64,000 nt of DNA, taken from IMG/VR virus record IMGVR_UViG_3300021963_005267, positions 42,584 to 106,583 of that record, one strand, 5' to 3'. The position numbers and the translations under genes are program-made. Under the pieces are notes generated by a model. The model saw nothing but the letters and a program-made list of their open reading frames with translations, had not been told where the DNA came from and ran no database searches. This document shows, one piece after another, positions 37,189 through 47,424 of this stretch. Source of the DNA: a virus. Every line of letters starts with the position of its first letter. Within the stretch, counting starts at the first letter, position 1.

Positions 37189-38208
37189 ATGCGTATCGAA
37201 GACGAAGTCAAATTAGACTTCCGTGATGTGCTGATTCGTCCTAAGCGTTCTACGCTTTCAAGCCGCAAGGAAGTAGATCTCACCCGTACATATAAATTTA
37301 AGCACAGTAGATTCCAATGGACCGGTGTTCCTGTAATGGCCGCTAACATGGACGGTGTGGGCACTATAGAAATGGCTAGGAAACTTTATAAGCATCAGAT
37401 GTTTACCTGCCTAGTTAAAAACTATGCCGAAGACGATCTTTTTGATCTAACTGGTAAGTTCGGTGGAAATTATTTTGCCGTTAGTACCGGAATCAGTGAT
37501 AAAGATTTTCTAAAACTAAGACAGATATTAAATGCCTATCCAGAAATTCATTTCATCTGTATTGATGTGGCCAATGGATATAGTGAACACTTTGGTGAAT
37601 ATGTTTCTAAAGTTAGGCAAACATATCCTGAACACACTATTATCGCAGGTAACGTTGTTACCGCAGACATGACACAGGAGTTAATTTTACGTGGAGCAGA
37701 TATTGTTAAAGTTGGGATTGGCCCTGGCAGTGTCTGTACGACTCGTATACAGACTGGTGTTGGGTACCCTCAACTTTCTGCTATCATCGAGTGCGCTGAT
37801 GCTGCTCACGGTCTTGGTGGCCATATCGTGGCTGATGGCGGGTGTACTTGCCCCGGTGATGTGGCTAAAGCGTTTGGTGCTGGGGCAGACTTCGTAATGC
37901 TTGGAGGTTTGTTAGCCGGACACGACGAAGGCGGCGGTGACATTAAAGATGGTAAAGTTACATTCTATGGTATGAGTTCAGACACTGCAATGAACAAACA
38001 CAATGGCGGGGTTGCCGAATATAGAAGTTCAGAAGGCCGCACAGTTGAGATTCCTTATAAAGGAGCAGTCCAAGATACAGTTCTAGATCTACTAGGAGGC
38101 TTACGCAGTACCTGCACTTATGTTGGTGCTCCTAGTCTTAAACAACTATCCAAATGCACAACATTCATCCGAGTTAATAAACAAATTAATGATGTATTTG
38201 TAAAATGA
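37189..38208 (+). CDS. guaC: GMP reductase
   Basis: [42 protein letters not shown]. Confidence 0.95.
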   Translation: MRIEDEVKLDFRDVLIRPKRSTLSSRKEVDLTRTYKFKHSRFQWTGVPVMAANMDGVGTIEMARKLYKHQMFTCLVKNYAEDDLFDLTGKFGGNYFAVSTGISDKDFLKLRQILNAYPEIHFICIDVANGYSEHFGEYVSKVRQTYPEHTIIAGNVVTADMTQELILRGADIVKVGIGPGSVCTTRIQTGVGYPQLSAIIECADAAHGLGGHIVADGGCTCPGDVAKAFGAGADFVMLGGLLAGHDEGGGDIKDGKVTFYGMSSDTAMNKHNGGVAEYRSSEGRTVEIPYKGAVQDTVLDLLGGLRSTCTYVGAPSLKQLSKCTTFIRVNKQINDVFVK

Positions 38209-38237
38209 TTGACGGGTATAATAAAAGAAAGTACAAT
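38209..38237 (+). promoter_or_regulatory. Sigma70-type promoter
   Basis: TTGACG-N17-TACAAT, 6 nt before the ATG. Confidence 0.6.
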
Positions 38238-38243
38238 AATAGT

Positions 38244-38819
38244 ATGAATACTGATATAATGATTGATTTAGAAACTCTGGCCACATCACCAGACAGTGCC
38301 ATTTTAACAATTGGTGCTGTAAAATTTGATCCATTTGGACAAGAATTAAAAGAACCAGCAATGGATAGCTTTTATCTTAAAGTGGATTTAGACAGTTGCC
38401 ACGCACTAGGTTTAGTCGTAGCCGACGATACGATTAAATGGTGGTCTCAACAAGATCCCGAAGCACAGGAAGAAGCATTTGGCACCGAAGGGCGTGTTAG
38501 CATAACTGACGCACTCAACCGATTGTATAAATTCTGTTGGGGTGCTAACCGTGTTTGGAGCCACGGTGCTGGATTTGATATTGTAATTTTAGAAACTGCT
38601 TTCCGTAAAATTGGTAAAGGTTATCCTTGGCAATTTTGGCAAGTTAGGGACACTAGGACTATTTACGATATTGGTATAAATCCAGATCGTCCCGAAGTAC
38701 TAAAACATCACGCACTGCACGATGCTTATAATCAAGCTATAGGTGTCCAAAATGTGCTAAGAAAATTAAGATGCGCTACATTAGGTAGTGAATATATTAC
38801 GCCACTCTCTCAAAGATGA
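38244..38819 (+). CDS. DEDDh 3'-5' exonuclease (DexA/Rv2179c-like)
   Basis: MIDLETL, GAGFD, RDTRT, HHALHDA. Confidence 0.88.
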   Translation: MNTDIMIDLETLATSPDSAILTIGAVKFDPFGQELKEPAMDSFYLKVDLDSCHALGLVVADDTIKWWSQQDPEAQEEAFGTEGRVSITDALNRLYKFCWGANRVWSHGAGFDIVILETAFRKIGKGYPWQFWQVRDTRTIYDIGINPDRPEVLKHHALHDAYNQAIGVQNVLRKLRCATLGSEYITPLSQR

Positions 38820-38833
38820 GAGATAAATAAATT

Positions 38834-38906
38834 TGCAGTAAGCACCTAATGGGCTTGCTGTAGAGCATAAGCTCAAACGATTCTTACTTTATAAGGAGAT
38901 AAAATT
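38834..38906 (+). promoter_or_regulatory. Structured 5' leader, putative RNA thermometer (copy 1, dnaK)
   Basis: Three hairpins; the last (TTCTTA-CTTTA-TAAGGAG) sequesters the SD; shared with the hsp20 leader. Confidence 0.65.
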
Positions 38907-40814
38907 ATGTCTAGAATCATCGGTATTGACCTCGGCACTACCAACTCATGCGTTAGTGTTATCGAGAACGGAATCCCCAAAATTATTGAAAATGCAGAAG
39001 GTGCAAGAACTACACCTAGCGTCGTTGCCTATACTGAAAACGATATCTTAGTAGGTGCCCCTGCTAAACGTCAATCAGTCACAAATCCAAAAAATACTCT
39101 TTATGCTGTAAAACGTCTAATCGGACGTAAGTTCAAAGAGGAAGCAGTGCAAAAAGATATTGACCTTATGCCATACCAAATCGTCGAAGCTAAGAACGGC
39201 GATGCTTGGGTTAAGGCCAATGACAAAGAACTAGCACCACCACAGGTCAGTGCAGAAGTTCTAAGAAAAATGAAAGAAGCAGCCGAAGCACATCTCGGCG
39301 AAAAAGTAGATAAAGCAGTTATCACAGTTCCAGCTTACTTCAATGACAGTCAACGTCAAGCAACTAAAGATGCAGGTAAGATTGCAGGCTTAGAAGTAAT
39401 GCGTATTATCAATGAACCAACAGCGGCTGCATTGGCATATGGTGTTGATAAGAAAGATGGCAAGGATCGTAAAGTTGCTGTCTACGACTTAGGTGGTGGT
39501 ACATTTGATATTTCAATTATTGAAATCGCAGAAGTTGACGGCGACAAGCAGATTGAAGTGTTGTCCACGAACGGTGACACATTCTTAGGTGGTGAAGACT
39601 TCGACCAACGTATCATGGACTACATCATCGATGAGTTTAGAAAAGAACAAGGCGTTGATCTAAGCAAAGACGTGTTGGCCTTACAGCGTCTAAAAGATGC
39701 TGCTGAGAAAGCTAAGATTGAACTTTCTAGCAGTTCACAGACAGAAGTGAACTTACCTTATGTTACTGCTGACGCAAGTGGTCCTAAGCATTTGGTAGTT
39801 AAAATCACTCGTGCTAAATTAGAAAGCATTGTTGATGAACTAATCCAACGCAGTATCGAGCCTTGCAAGATTGCTATGACAGATGCTAAAGTCACAGCCG
39901 CAGACATTGATGAAGTTATTCTTGTTGGTGGTATGACACGTATGCCTAAGGTGCAGGAAGCAGTTGAAAAGCTGTTTGGTAAGTCACCACGTAAGGATGT
40001 TAATCCAGACGAAGCAGTTGCCGCAGGCGCTGCCATCCAAGGTGCTGTTCTAGCAGGAGATCGTAAAGACGTTCTGTTGTTAGACGTTACTCCATTAAGC
40101 CTAGGCATCGAAACACTAGGCGGCATCATGGCCAAGGTTGTGAACAAGAACACAACTATTCCTACCAAGGCTAGCCAAACATTTAGTACTGCCGAAGACA
40201 ATCAGCCAGCAGTTACTATCCGTGTGTTCCAAGGCGAACGTGAACGTGCCAATGCAAATAAGATGCTAGGTGAATTCCATTTAGAAGGAATTGATCCAGC
40301 ACCGCGTGGTATGCCACAGATTGAAGTTACATTTGATATCGATGCAAACGGTATCCTAAATGTAAGTGCCAAAGACAAGAACACCGGTAAAGAAAACAAA
40401 ATCACTATCAAAGCCAACTCTGGTATCAGCGACGATGAGATCAAGAAAATGATCAAAGAAGCTGAGGAGTTTGCTGAAGAAGATAAGAAGTATAGAGAAA
40501 CTGTAGAAGCACGTAACAAGTGGGAAGCAGAAGTCTATACAATGATGAAAGAGTTAGAAGCTGAAAAGGATCTAGCTACTGAGGAAGAATGGAAAGCTAT
40601 CGAAGATGCTAAACAGGCAGCTTTAGATTTTGTTAAAGCAAATGAAGACGGCGAAGCAATGAAGGCAGAAGTGTTTAAGATTGCCGATGTTGCTAAACCT
40701 TTGTTTGATAAGATCAAAGCTAAACGTGATGCAGAAACGGCAGCTAACCAGCCTGCACAAGAACCAGCACAAGGCGAAGTTATTGATGCAGAGTTTAAAG
40801 AGACCAACAAGTAA
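38907..40814 (+). CDS. dnaK: Chaperone DnaK (Hsp70)
   Basis: [34 protein letters not shown]. Confidence 0.98.
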   Translation: MSRIIGIDLGTTNSCVSVIENGIPKIIENAEGARTTPSVVAYTENDILVGAPAKRQSVTNPKNTLYAVKRLIGRKFKEEAVQKDIDLMPYQIVEAKNGDAWVKANDKELAPPQVSAEVLRKMKEAAEAHLGEKVDKAVITVPAYFNDSQRQATKDAGKIAGLEVMRIINEPTAAALAYGVDKKDGKDRKVAVYDLGGGTFDISIIEIAEVDGDKQIEVLSTNGDTFLGGEDFDQRIMDYIIDEFRKEQGVDLSKDVLALQRLKDAAEKAKIELSSSSQTEVNLPYVTADASGPKHLVVKITRAKLESIVDELIQRSIEPCKIAMTDAKVTAADIDEVILVGGMTRMPKVQEAVEKLFGKSPRKDVNPDEAVAAGAAIQGAVLAGDRKDVLLLDVTPLSLGIETLGGIMAKVVNKNTTIPTKASQTFSTAEDNQPAVTIRVFQGERERANANKMLGEFHLEGIDPAPRGMPQIEVTFDIDANGILNVSAKDKNTGKENKITIKANSGISDDEIKKMIKEAEEFAEEDKKYRETVEARNKWEAEVYTMMKELEAEKDLATEEEWKAIEDAKQAALDFVKANEDGEAMKAEVFKIADVAKPLFDKIKAKRDAETAANQPAQEPAQGEVIDAEFKETNK

Positions 40815-40828
40815 CAGTTGGTAAATAT

Positions 40829-40901
40829 GATTGTGATTGCACCTAATGGGCAATCACAATCGGGCAATGCCCATTGATTCTTACTTTATAAGGAGATTAT
40901 C
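40829..40901 (+). promoter_or_regulatory. Structured 5' leader, putative RNA thermometer (copy 2, hsp20)
   Basis: Same GCACCTAATGGGC apex and GATTCTTACTTTATAAGGAGAT block, with different stem sequences. Confidence 0.65.
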
Positions 40902-41342
40902 ATGAATCAACATTTAGTACGTTTAGACACAAATGCTCTTAACAGAGCTCTTATTGGCTTTGACACGATGTTCGATCACTTAGAGCGTCGTTTTGCAAAT
41001 GCATCAACCAATAACTATCCACCACACAATATCCTGCGCCTAGGCGACAACGATTACGCCATCCAAATCGCAGTGACTGGTTTCGATAAAACAGAAATTT
41101 CTGTTACTGTCGAAAATAATGTATTAGTAGTCAAAGGCGAAAGTATGACTACTGATCATCCTCCAGAATCATATCTATATCGTGGCCTAGCAACTCGTGA
41201 TTTCACCAAAGAGTTTCCTCTTGCAGAACACATTGAAGTTGTGGGAGCAGAAACAAAGAATGGTATGTTGACTATTAAATTGGTCCGTAACGTTCCTGAA
41301 TCTGCCAAGCCCAAAGTCATTGACATTGTGGATGTGAAGTAA
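40902..41342 (+). CDS. ibpA: Small heat-shock protein Hsp20 (IbpA-like)
   Basis: NYPPHNI, IAVTGF, YLYRGLA, NGMLTI. Confidence 0.92.
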   Translation: MNQHLVRLDTNALNRALIGFDTMFDHLERRFANASTNNYPPHNILRLGDNDYAIQIAVTGFDKTEISVTVENNVLVVKGESMTTDHPPESYLYRGLATRDFTKEFPLAEHIEVVGAETKNGMLTIKLVRNVPESAKPKVIDIVDVK

Positions 41343-41388
41343 TATAATAAGGGGGAAGGTAATTCCCCCTTATGACACTGGAGATATA

Positions 41389-41691
41389 ATGACTACTGAA
41401 GTTCAAATTGAGAAAACAACAAAGGTTGCACTTAACCCACCTCGCAAATGGAAAGTGCTTTTTCTCAATGACGATCAAACCCCTATGCAATTTGTGATCG
41501 AATTGTTGACTACTATCTTTCGACACGATCTACAAACAGCAGAAGAATTAACAATGGAGATCCACAATACTGGCAGTGCCGTAGTTGGACTCTATACACA
41601 CGAAGTAGCAGAACAAAAAGGTATTGATGCTACATCACTGGCCCGAGAAAACGGTTTTCCATTGCAGGTAACAATCGAAGAAGACAAATAA
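41389..41691 (+). CDS. clpS: Clp protease adaptor ClpS
   Basis: KVLFLNDDQTPMQFV, IHNTG, GFPL. Confidence 0.93.
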   Translation: MTTEVQIEKTTKVALNPPRKWKVLFLNDDQTPMQFVIELLTTIFRHDLQTAEELTMEIHNTGSAVVGLYTHEVAEQKGIDATSLARENGFPLQVTIEEDK

Positions 41692-41693
41692 AA

Positions 41694-41951
41694 ATGACAG
41701 CCGATGAGTTTAAGTTCATAAGATACATGAACGCAAAAACTAATCGGTTTTCTTTTTGGGTAATTTTTCAAGACAAGAGAAATTATCATTTGGGTCAAAA
41801 AGGAAGGAAAGAATTTATTAAATTCTTTTCCGAACAATTAGGTCCGTTAGGAGATCGCTGGGAATATGAAAAGACAACTTCAACTTTTTGTATTAAACTG
41901 AATAATGAATCAGATGCCACAATGATGACCTTGCGTTATGCCAACAAGTAA
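41694..41951 (+). CDS. Small hypothetical protein (ExDA..xLR[WY] family)
   Basis: C-terminal NESDATMMTLRY resembles the 56-57 kb paralogues. Confidence 0.55.
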   Translation: MTADEFKFIRYMNAKTNRFSFWVIFQDKRNYHLGQKGRKEFIKFFSEQLGPLGDRWEYEKTTSTFCIKLNNESDATMMTLRYANK

Positions 41952-41961
41952 ATAATCAACT

Positions 41962-42504
41962 ATGAGCTTAAGAGAACTTACCGCACAAAAACACAAAGAA
42001 GCCGAGGAAACTGCGTTTTCTCAGAAACTAGTATCAGGGCAACTTTCACAAGAAGCCTATGCAGACTACCTTTATCAAATGTTTCTAATCTACACAGGAC
42101 TAGAAGCTGCTTGCTCTCAAAATGGTTTTTTGAGAGACATGGAAGGAATCCAACGTAGTCCACATATCTATGCAGATTGGCTAGAATTAAAAAGTGATAA
42201 AGAATATGAGTGGTTACCAGAAACACATGCTTACTGGAATCACATAATGAATCTAAACGGACCAGAAAGATATCATCTATTAAGAGCACACCAATATACT
42301 AGATATCTTGGAGATCTTTACGGCGGTCAAATGATTGCTAGAGTAGTTCCCGGAGAAGGTCGTTGGTACCATTTCGATAATGCTAAACAACTAAAAGAAA
42401 CTTTAAGATCACATCTCACAGATGATTTAGCAGAAGAAGCTAATCTTAGTTTCGACATGACTATTGCTATCTTTAACGCATTGGATAAGAAACACAGTGA
42501 GTAA
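41962..42504 (+). CDS. Heme oxygenase (biliverdin-producing)
   Basis: LRELT..KH..AE proximal His; HQYTRYLGDLYGGQMI. Confidence 0.92.
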   Translation: MSLRELTAQKHKEAEETAFSQKLVSGQLSQEAYADYLYQMFLIYTGLEAACSQNGFLRDMEGIQRSPHIYADWLELKSDKEYEWLPETHAYWNHIMNLNGPERYHLLRAHQYTRYLGDLYGGQMIARVVPGEGRWYHFDNAKQLKETLRSHLTDDLAEEANLSFDMTIAIFNALDKKHSE

Positions 42505-43177
42505 AGTTTGGGATACATTGATCAGTGTACAACACCTATTAGAAAAAAGATTTAGTGAAACAGGTGTTGAAACATTTGAACCTGGAATGGATCGTTTTAA
42601 TCAACCAGGTTGGGTAAATAGAGTTTGGTGCAGTGATCATTATCGTAGAGCTCATGTCGATGTAGTGGACGCCCGAGAAACTAAGGGCCTCTGGATGATG
42701 CATTGCTGCATCTTTCCTCATATTCATAATACAGCACCTATATTCGGTTTTGATGTAATTGCAGGTAAAAATAAAATCACAGGTTGTTTTATTGATTATA
42801 GTCCGACAGCAGATAAACAACATCCTATGATTGATTATTTTGCAGAGGAAGTTAGCAGATACGAATGGATTAAAAAACGAGAACTACCAGAATGGGCACA
42901 GCGTATTTTTAGTCCCTACATGATAGCCGCAGGTAATGTACAAAATGAAGATGAATTAAGCCAGATCAGCAGCCTAGCACACATACTGGTAAATCATTAC
43001 TTAGAAACAGTAGGTGAAACTAACAATCGAACTTCAGATACTACATTTGAGCAAAACTACTATGCTCAAAATCAAAAACAAAATCCTCATACTCCTAGAG
43101 TTATGACTAGTTTAGGATTAGATGAAGAAGATGTTCGTGTTTTTATCCAGAATTGTCTGTTCCCAGAAATAAGATAA
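42497..43177 (+). CDS. Ferredoxin-dependent bilin reductase (PcyA/PcyX-like)
   Basis: RRAHV, MMHCCIFP, PIFGFDVIAG, RELPEWA..IFS, QKQNPHT; coupled to the heme oxygenase. Confidence 0.88.
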   Translation: MSKVWDTLISVQHLLEKRFSETGVETFEPGMDRFNQPGWVNRVWCSDHYRRAHVDVVDARETKGLWMMHCCIFPHIHNTAPIFGFDVIAGKNKITGCFIDYSPTADKQHPMIDYFAEEVSRYEWIKKRELPEWAQRIFSPYMIAAGNVQNEDELSQISSLAHILVNHYLETVGETNNRTSDTTFEQNYYAQNQKQNPHTPRVMTSLGLDEEDVRVFIQNCLFPEIR

Positions 43178-43184
43178 ATACTTG

Positions 43185-43403
43185 ATGCGTTTAAGTGAAA
43201 TCGAATCAAGACCTAAACTAGTCAAATTACATTACTTCAGTGTTACAGATATTATCGCTGCCGAAGAATTAGGTATGCGTAAAGACCGTAACGGTAATTG
43301 GTTCCTCCCCCAATACGATCGTAGTGGTTCTGGTTTTGATAGAAAAGCTGTTTCTGCCATGCGAATGTTTGGTCGTCCATATAAAACAGTTAATCTAGAT
43401 TAA
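43185..43403 (+). CDS. Small hypothetical protein
   Basis: MRLSEI N-terminus after TAAATA. Confidence 0.6.
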   Translation: MRLSEIESRPKLVKLHYFSVTDIIAAEELGMRKDRNGNWFLPQYDRSGSGFDRKAVSAMRMFGRPYKTVNLD

Positions 43404-43467
43404 ACTCATCTTATAATTTCTTTCCAATTTGCTCTAAATACTATTACGGTATTCCGGGAGCGAATTG

Positions 43468-44007
43468 ATGTTAAAAAAAATAATAATAACACTAGCATTG
43501 CCTTCATTGGCAATAGCTGCACCTATTGGCGATTTCCAGTTTAAAAGTCCTTCTTTTAATGGTGCCGGTTATAGTTCTCACGTTTTAACTATTGATAATC
43601 TAGAACGTACTAGAGAAAAAGAACGTGCGGATAAACTACAGGCAGCAATAGATAAAGAAATTGCTGATAAAAAAAATACAAATCTTGCTAAGTTTGTTAA
43701 CAATTTAGAATCACGCATATATGCACAAATCTCGCAAAACGTAGCGACTGCTATGTTTGCCAATAATAATTGCACAGCCAGTTCAAATACAAATTGTACA
43801 GGTGCTATAGACTTCCAAGGCAATTATATCAGTTGGTCAAGAGTAAGTAGTGCCAATGATGCAAACTGTTCAACAGCATATGGTTATTGCATTATGCTGA
43901 AAGTGGCAGATCCAACAGCAACTAATCCTAGTACAGCAGCCTGTACCGACACAGGAATGAGTTGTGTCTATGTTCCATTACAATCATTTCAAATGCCGGG
44001 GAACTAA
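43468..44007 (+). CDS. csgF: Curli assembly protein CsgF-like
   Basis: Signal peptide then FQFKSPSFNG; FVNNLESRIYAQIS; precedes csgG. Confidence 0.8.
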   Translation: MLKKIIITLALPSLAIAAPIGDFQFKSPSFNGAGYSSHVLTIDNLERTREKERADKLQAAIDKEIADKKNTNLAKFVNNLESRIYAQISQNVATAMFANNNCTASSNTNCTGAIDFQGNYISWSRVSSANDANCSTAYGYCIMLKVADPTATNPSTAACTDTGMSCVYVPLQSFQMPGN

Positions 44008-44010
44008 GAT

Positions 44011-45219
44011 ATGAAAAAGACTATTTTATCCCTAGCAATTGTAAGTTTATTATCTGGCTGCGCTGTGATGCAGGCTACTGGACATCTAGAAAAAGATCCA
44101 GAACTTGCACGTTCTAATAAATCTGTTCAGAAAGAGTTTGATACTATACCTGGTCCACAAGCAGGTAAGCCATTAAGTGTAGCGGTATACAGTTTTACTG
44201 ATAAGACTGGACAAAGACGTCCACAGGCAAATATTGCCAGCTTATCAACAGCAGTTACACAAGGTGCAGAAACATTTCTAATACAGGCCTTACAAAATGT
44301 AGGGCGCGGAGAATGGTTCGATGTTGTTGAACGTGTTGGTATTGATAATTTAACTAAAGAACGTTTAATAATCCGTCAGATGCGAGAAGCATATGAAGGC
44401 AAGGATGCAAAACCATTGTTACCTATGCAATTTGCAGGTATTATCTTAGAAGGTGGTATTATTGGTTACGATCAAAGTACTACTAGTGGAGGATTAGGAC
44501 AGCGTATATTTGGAATTGGTAAACAGACACAATGGAGTACAGACACAGTAACAGTGAGTTTAAGAGCAGTCAGCGTAAACACAGGAAAGGTATTAGCGAC
44601 AGTAACAGTGCAGAAAACTATCTTGAGTTCAGCAGACAGTGTAACTGCATTGAAGTTCTTTGATGCCGGAACGAAAGCGTTTGAAGCAGAAGCAGGCTTA
44701 ACAATCAACGAGCCCGGAACTTATGCTACAAAAGCAACTATTGAAATGGCCGTAGTAGAACTTATTAAAGAAGGGCAACGCAAAGGTATTTGGGAATATA
44801 AACAACCTCAACCACCTGTTCCTCTAGCGCCAGTACCTCAAAAGGAAGAAGTTAAAGCACCAGTAATTTCTTCCGAAATAAAACAAACAGAGGAGAAGAA
44901 AGATGAGTTGGTTCAATCACAAACCCTCCAGACACCCGAAAGAGCCGTCAGCACACCAGCCCCACAGGCTGAGTCCAGCGACGGACAAGATACTAAAGCA
45001 GACCAAGGAGAACGTAAGGCCTCTGAAAGTAAGCAAGAAAAAACAGTAATCTCTAAAGGCCTAACAAATGTTAGAGAAAGCGAAAAAGCTGGTTCGACAA
45101 TAATTGCCTTATTGCAGCCAGGACAAGAAGTAAAAGTAATAGAAGAAAAAGATTTACTCTTTTGCATCGAATTACCAAATGGCAAGAAAGGTTGGATAGG
45201 AAAAACAACAGTAAAATAA
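44011..45219 (+). CDS. csgG: Curli secretion channel CsgG-like lipoprotein with C-terminal SH3b-like extension
   Basis: LSGC lipobox, VAVYSFTDKTGQ, STAVTQG, LTKERLIIR, EGGIIGYD; tail NVRE...GWI. Confidence 0.9.
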   Translation: MKKTILSLAIVSLLSGCAVMQATGHLEKDPELARSNKSVQKEFDTIPGPQAGKPLSVAVYSFTDKTGQRRPQANIASLSTAVTQGAETFLIQALQNVGRGEWFDVVERVGIDNLTKERLIIRQMREAYEGKDAKPLLPMQFAGIILEGGIIGYDQSTTSGGLGQRIFGIGKQTQWSTDTVTVSLRAVSVNTGKVLATVTVQKTILSSADSVTALKFFDAGTKAFEAEAGLTINEPGTYATKATIEMAVVELIKEGQRKGIWEYKQPQPPVPLAPVPQKEEVKAPVISSEIKQTEEKKDELVQSQTLQTPERAVSTPAPQAESSDGQDTKADQGERKASESKQEKTVISKGLTNVRESEKAGSTIIALLQPGQEVKVIEEKDLLFCIELPNGKKGWIGKTTVK

Positions 45220-45261
45220 CGGTACACCAAAAAAAATTATAAAGTACCAAGGAGCGAAAAA

Positions 45262-46305
45262 ATGCATAAAACAGATATTAGATTAATGGCCTTTGTAGCA
45301 AGCGCCATGTTTTGGGGTTCTGGGTATGCTGCGGACAACAGCATCTATATTGATCAGTCAGGAGACAATAGTACTATAACTATGACTCAGGATGGATCTG
45401 GAAACAAAGTAAAAGGAATACTGGCAAACGGCACAGCAGGAGGCACAACAGATCCTGCCAAATTGACAGGTAATGCACAGACAATAAATGTTGAACAAAT
45501 AGGACAAGGCAATTCATTAGCTCTAGGAGCAAACACTACGCAAGGCGGAAGTGTATCGGGATATGCCAACGTAGGAGTTCACTTGAATTATCAAGCAACT
45601 GGCAATCTCAACACAGCATTAATAAACATCAACAATAATGGCACTGGGACTGCCGCAGGTAATGTAGTAGATATACAACAAAGCGGAAATACCAACACAA
45701 CCACATTGAGGATGACTGGAACTTCAAATCAATTTACAGTTAATACCACTGGCGGCAACAGCAATACAATAACAGCAGATGTTAATGCCAGCAATACAGT
45801 AACAACAATCAATCATTCCGGCGGTGGCGGAAATAATACCACAGTTGATATGACAGGCAACAGCGGTCAAGTTAGTGTGACTACCGTGGGAGCTAGTAAT
45901 ACAACCAGTGTGACACAGAGTGCATACAGTTCATTGGGATCACAGACACTAATTGATATAACAGGCTCAGGTAATACAACTAATGTAACACAGAGCGGCG
46001 TAGCCGATCATTACACTAACATTAAATTATATTCAGGCAGCAATGATAATAATATTACAGTTTCCCAATCTGGAACTTATAATCATTCTGCCGATATAAC
46101 TTTAAGAGCAGGTAGCAGCACTAACACTATAGGTATTACACAAAGCGGTGGCGGAGCCTCTGGTGGTCAAACTGCCGTGTTAGAACTATTGGCTGGCAGT
46201 AGCAACAACAACGTTAGTATTACCCAACAAGGATCTGTTTCTAACTTGTCTAATATCAGGTTAAGTGGAAATAGCAACAACTATACTATTTTACAGAAAA
46301 ATTAA
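45262..46305 (+). CDS. Secreted curlin-repeat-like beta-solenoid protein
   Basis: Signal peptide; NSIYIDQSGDNSTITMTQDGSGN and recurring Q-x-G-x-x-N repeats. Confidence 0.8.
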   Translation: MHKTDIRLMAFVASAMFWGSGYAADNSIYIDQSGDNSTITMTQDGSGNKVKGILANGTAGGTTDPAKLTGNAQTINVEQIGQGNSLALGANTTQGGSVSGYANVGVHLNYQATGNLNTALININNNGTGTAAGNVVDIQQSGNTNTTTLRMTGTSNQFTVNTTGGNSNTITADVNASNTVTTINHSGGGGNNTTVDMTGNSGQVSVTTVGASNTTSVTQSAYSSLGSQTLIDITGSGNTTNVTQSGVADHYTNIKLYSGSNDNNITVSQSGTYNHSADITLRAGSSTNTIGITQSGGGASGGQTAVLELLAGSSNNNVSITQQGSVSNLSNIRLSGNSNNYTILQKN

Positions 46306-46314
46306 GAGGGTTAC

Positions 46315-47424
46315 ATGAAATTATGGATGGTAATACTATGCGTTCCGTTGCTCAGTATATCGTCAAAAGTAAACGCAGCAATAGGGAAAGTAACAGAACA
46401 GGTAAATGCCCCGCCGACCATTACCAGGCAGAATTCGACACTAACGGGATCGAAAGGGACTGGAGTGGAGATGAACGACGCCATAAAAACCCAACAGGGA
46501 AAGGTAGGAATAACTTTTGAGGATGATACTAAAGTACAGGTAAACGAAAATTCAAAATTAGTTATAGATGATTTTGTTTACGATCCTAAAAGTAAAAGTG
46601 GCAAACTAGGAGCTAAAATAGCACTAGGCACCGTTCGTTACGCCAGTGGACAGATTGCTAAAAACAGTCCACAGAACGTAGCACTTAATACCCCAAGTGC
46701 AACAGTAGCCGTTCGAGGCACTGACTTTACAGCAACAGTAGAGGAACTAGGAGAAAGTACTATAATACTTTTACCTAGTTGCCCTAACGACCGTCCCACA
46801 AGATCTGTTAGAGATATCGAAACCAATTGTAAAACAGGAACAATCGAAGTTAGCACAGACGTAGGTACTGTTATTTTAAATCAACCTTTCCAGGTTACTA
46901 AAGTTTTAAGTAGAACACATCCTCCCACAGCACCTAAAGTTTTAAACTTATCTGAAATGGCTATCAGCAATCTGTTAATCATTAGTCCACCCGCAGAGGT
47001 TAAACGTGCTGTACAAGAACAGCATAAAATGTTTAATCCATTAGAATTTGATTTCTTAAAAGAAAAAGGATTAGAGAACTGGCTTGATATGCAGGCTAAT
47101 TCATTTTATGATGATAAGTTTGCTAAAAACTTTTTAGATAATGGATTCTTAGCCAGCCTATTTGATATAATTGGTAATGCACTTGATGAAAAGTTTTTAG
47201 AACCAGTGGACCCAGTACTCCCAGACTATAGAAAATCTAGTGGCATAGTAGCTTTTAAAGATGAAATGAGTGTTGAATTATGTAGAGACAATGGGGCGGA
47301 TATTCAATGTGTCAAAACACCATTAGCGCAAAACAGTACAATTTATCAAACACAAGGCACACTAGAATTTAAAAATCGTGTTAACCAAGGCGGTAATACT
47401 ATTATTACCTTGATACAGAAATGA
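46315..47424 (+). CDS. FecR-domain protein
   Basis: D.IKT..G...ITFEDDT, G.VRYASG, TPSATVAVRGTDF. Confidence 0.85.
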   Translation: MKLWMVILCVPLLSISSKVNAAIGKVTEQVNAPPTITRQNSTLTGSKGTGVEMNDAIKTQQGKVGITFEDDTKVQVNENSKLVIDDFVYDPKSKSGKLGAKIALGTVRYASGQIAKNSPQNVALNTPSATVAVRGTDFTATVEELGESTIILLPSCPNDRPTRSVRDIETNCKTGTIEVSTDVGTVILNQPFQVTKVLSRTHPPTAPKVLNLSEMAISNLLIISPPAEVKRAVQEQHKMFNPLEFDFLKEKGLENWLDMQANSFYDDKFAKNFLDNGFLASLFDIIGNALDEKFLEPVDPVLPDYRKSSGIVAFKDEMSVELCRDNGADIQCVKTPLAQNSTIYQTQGTLEFKNRVNQGGNTIITLIQK

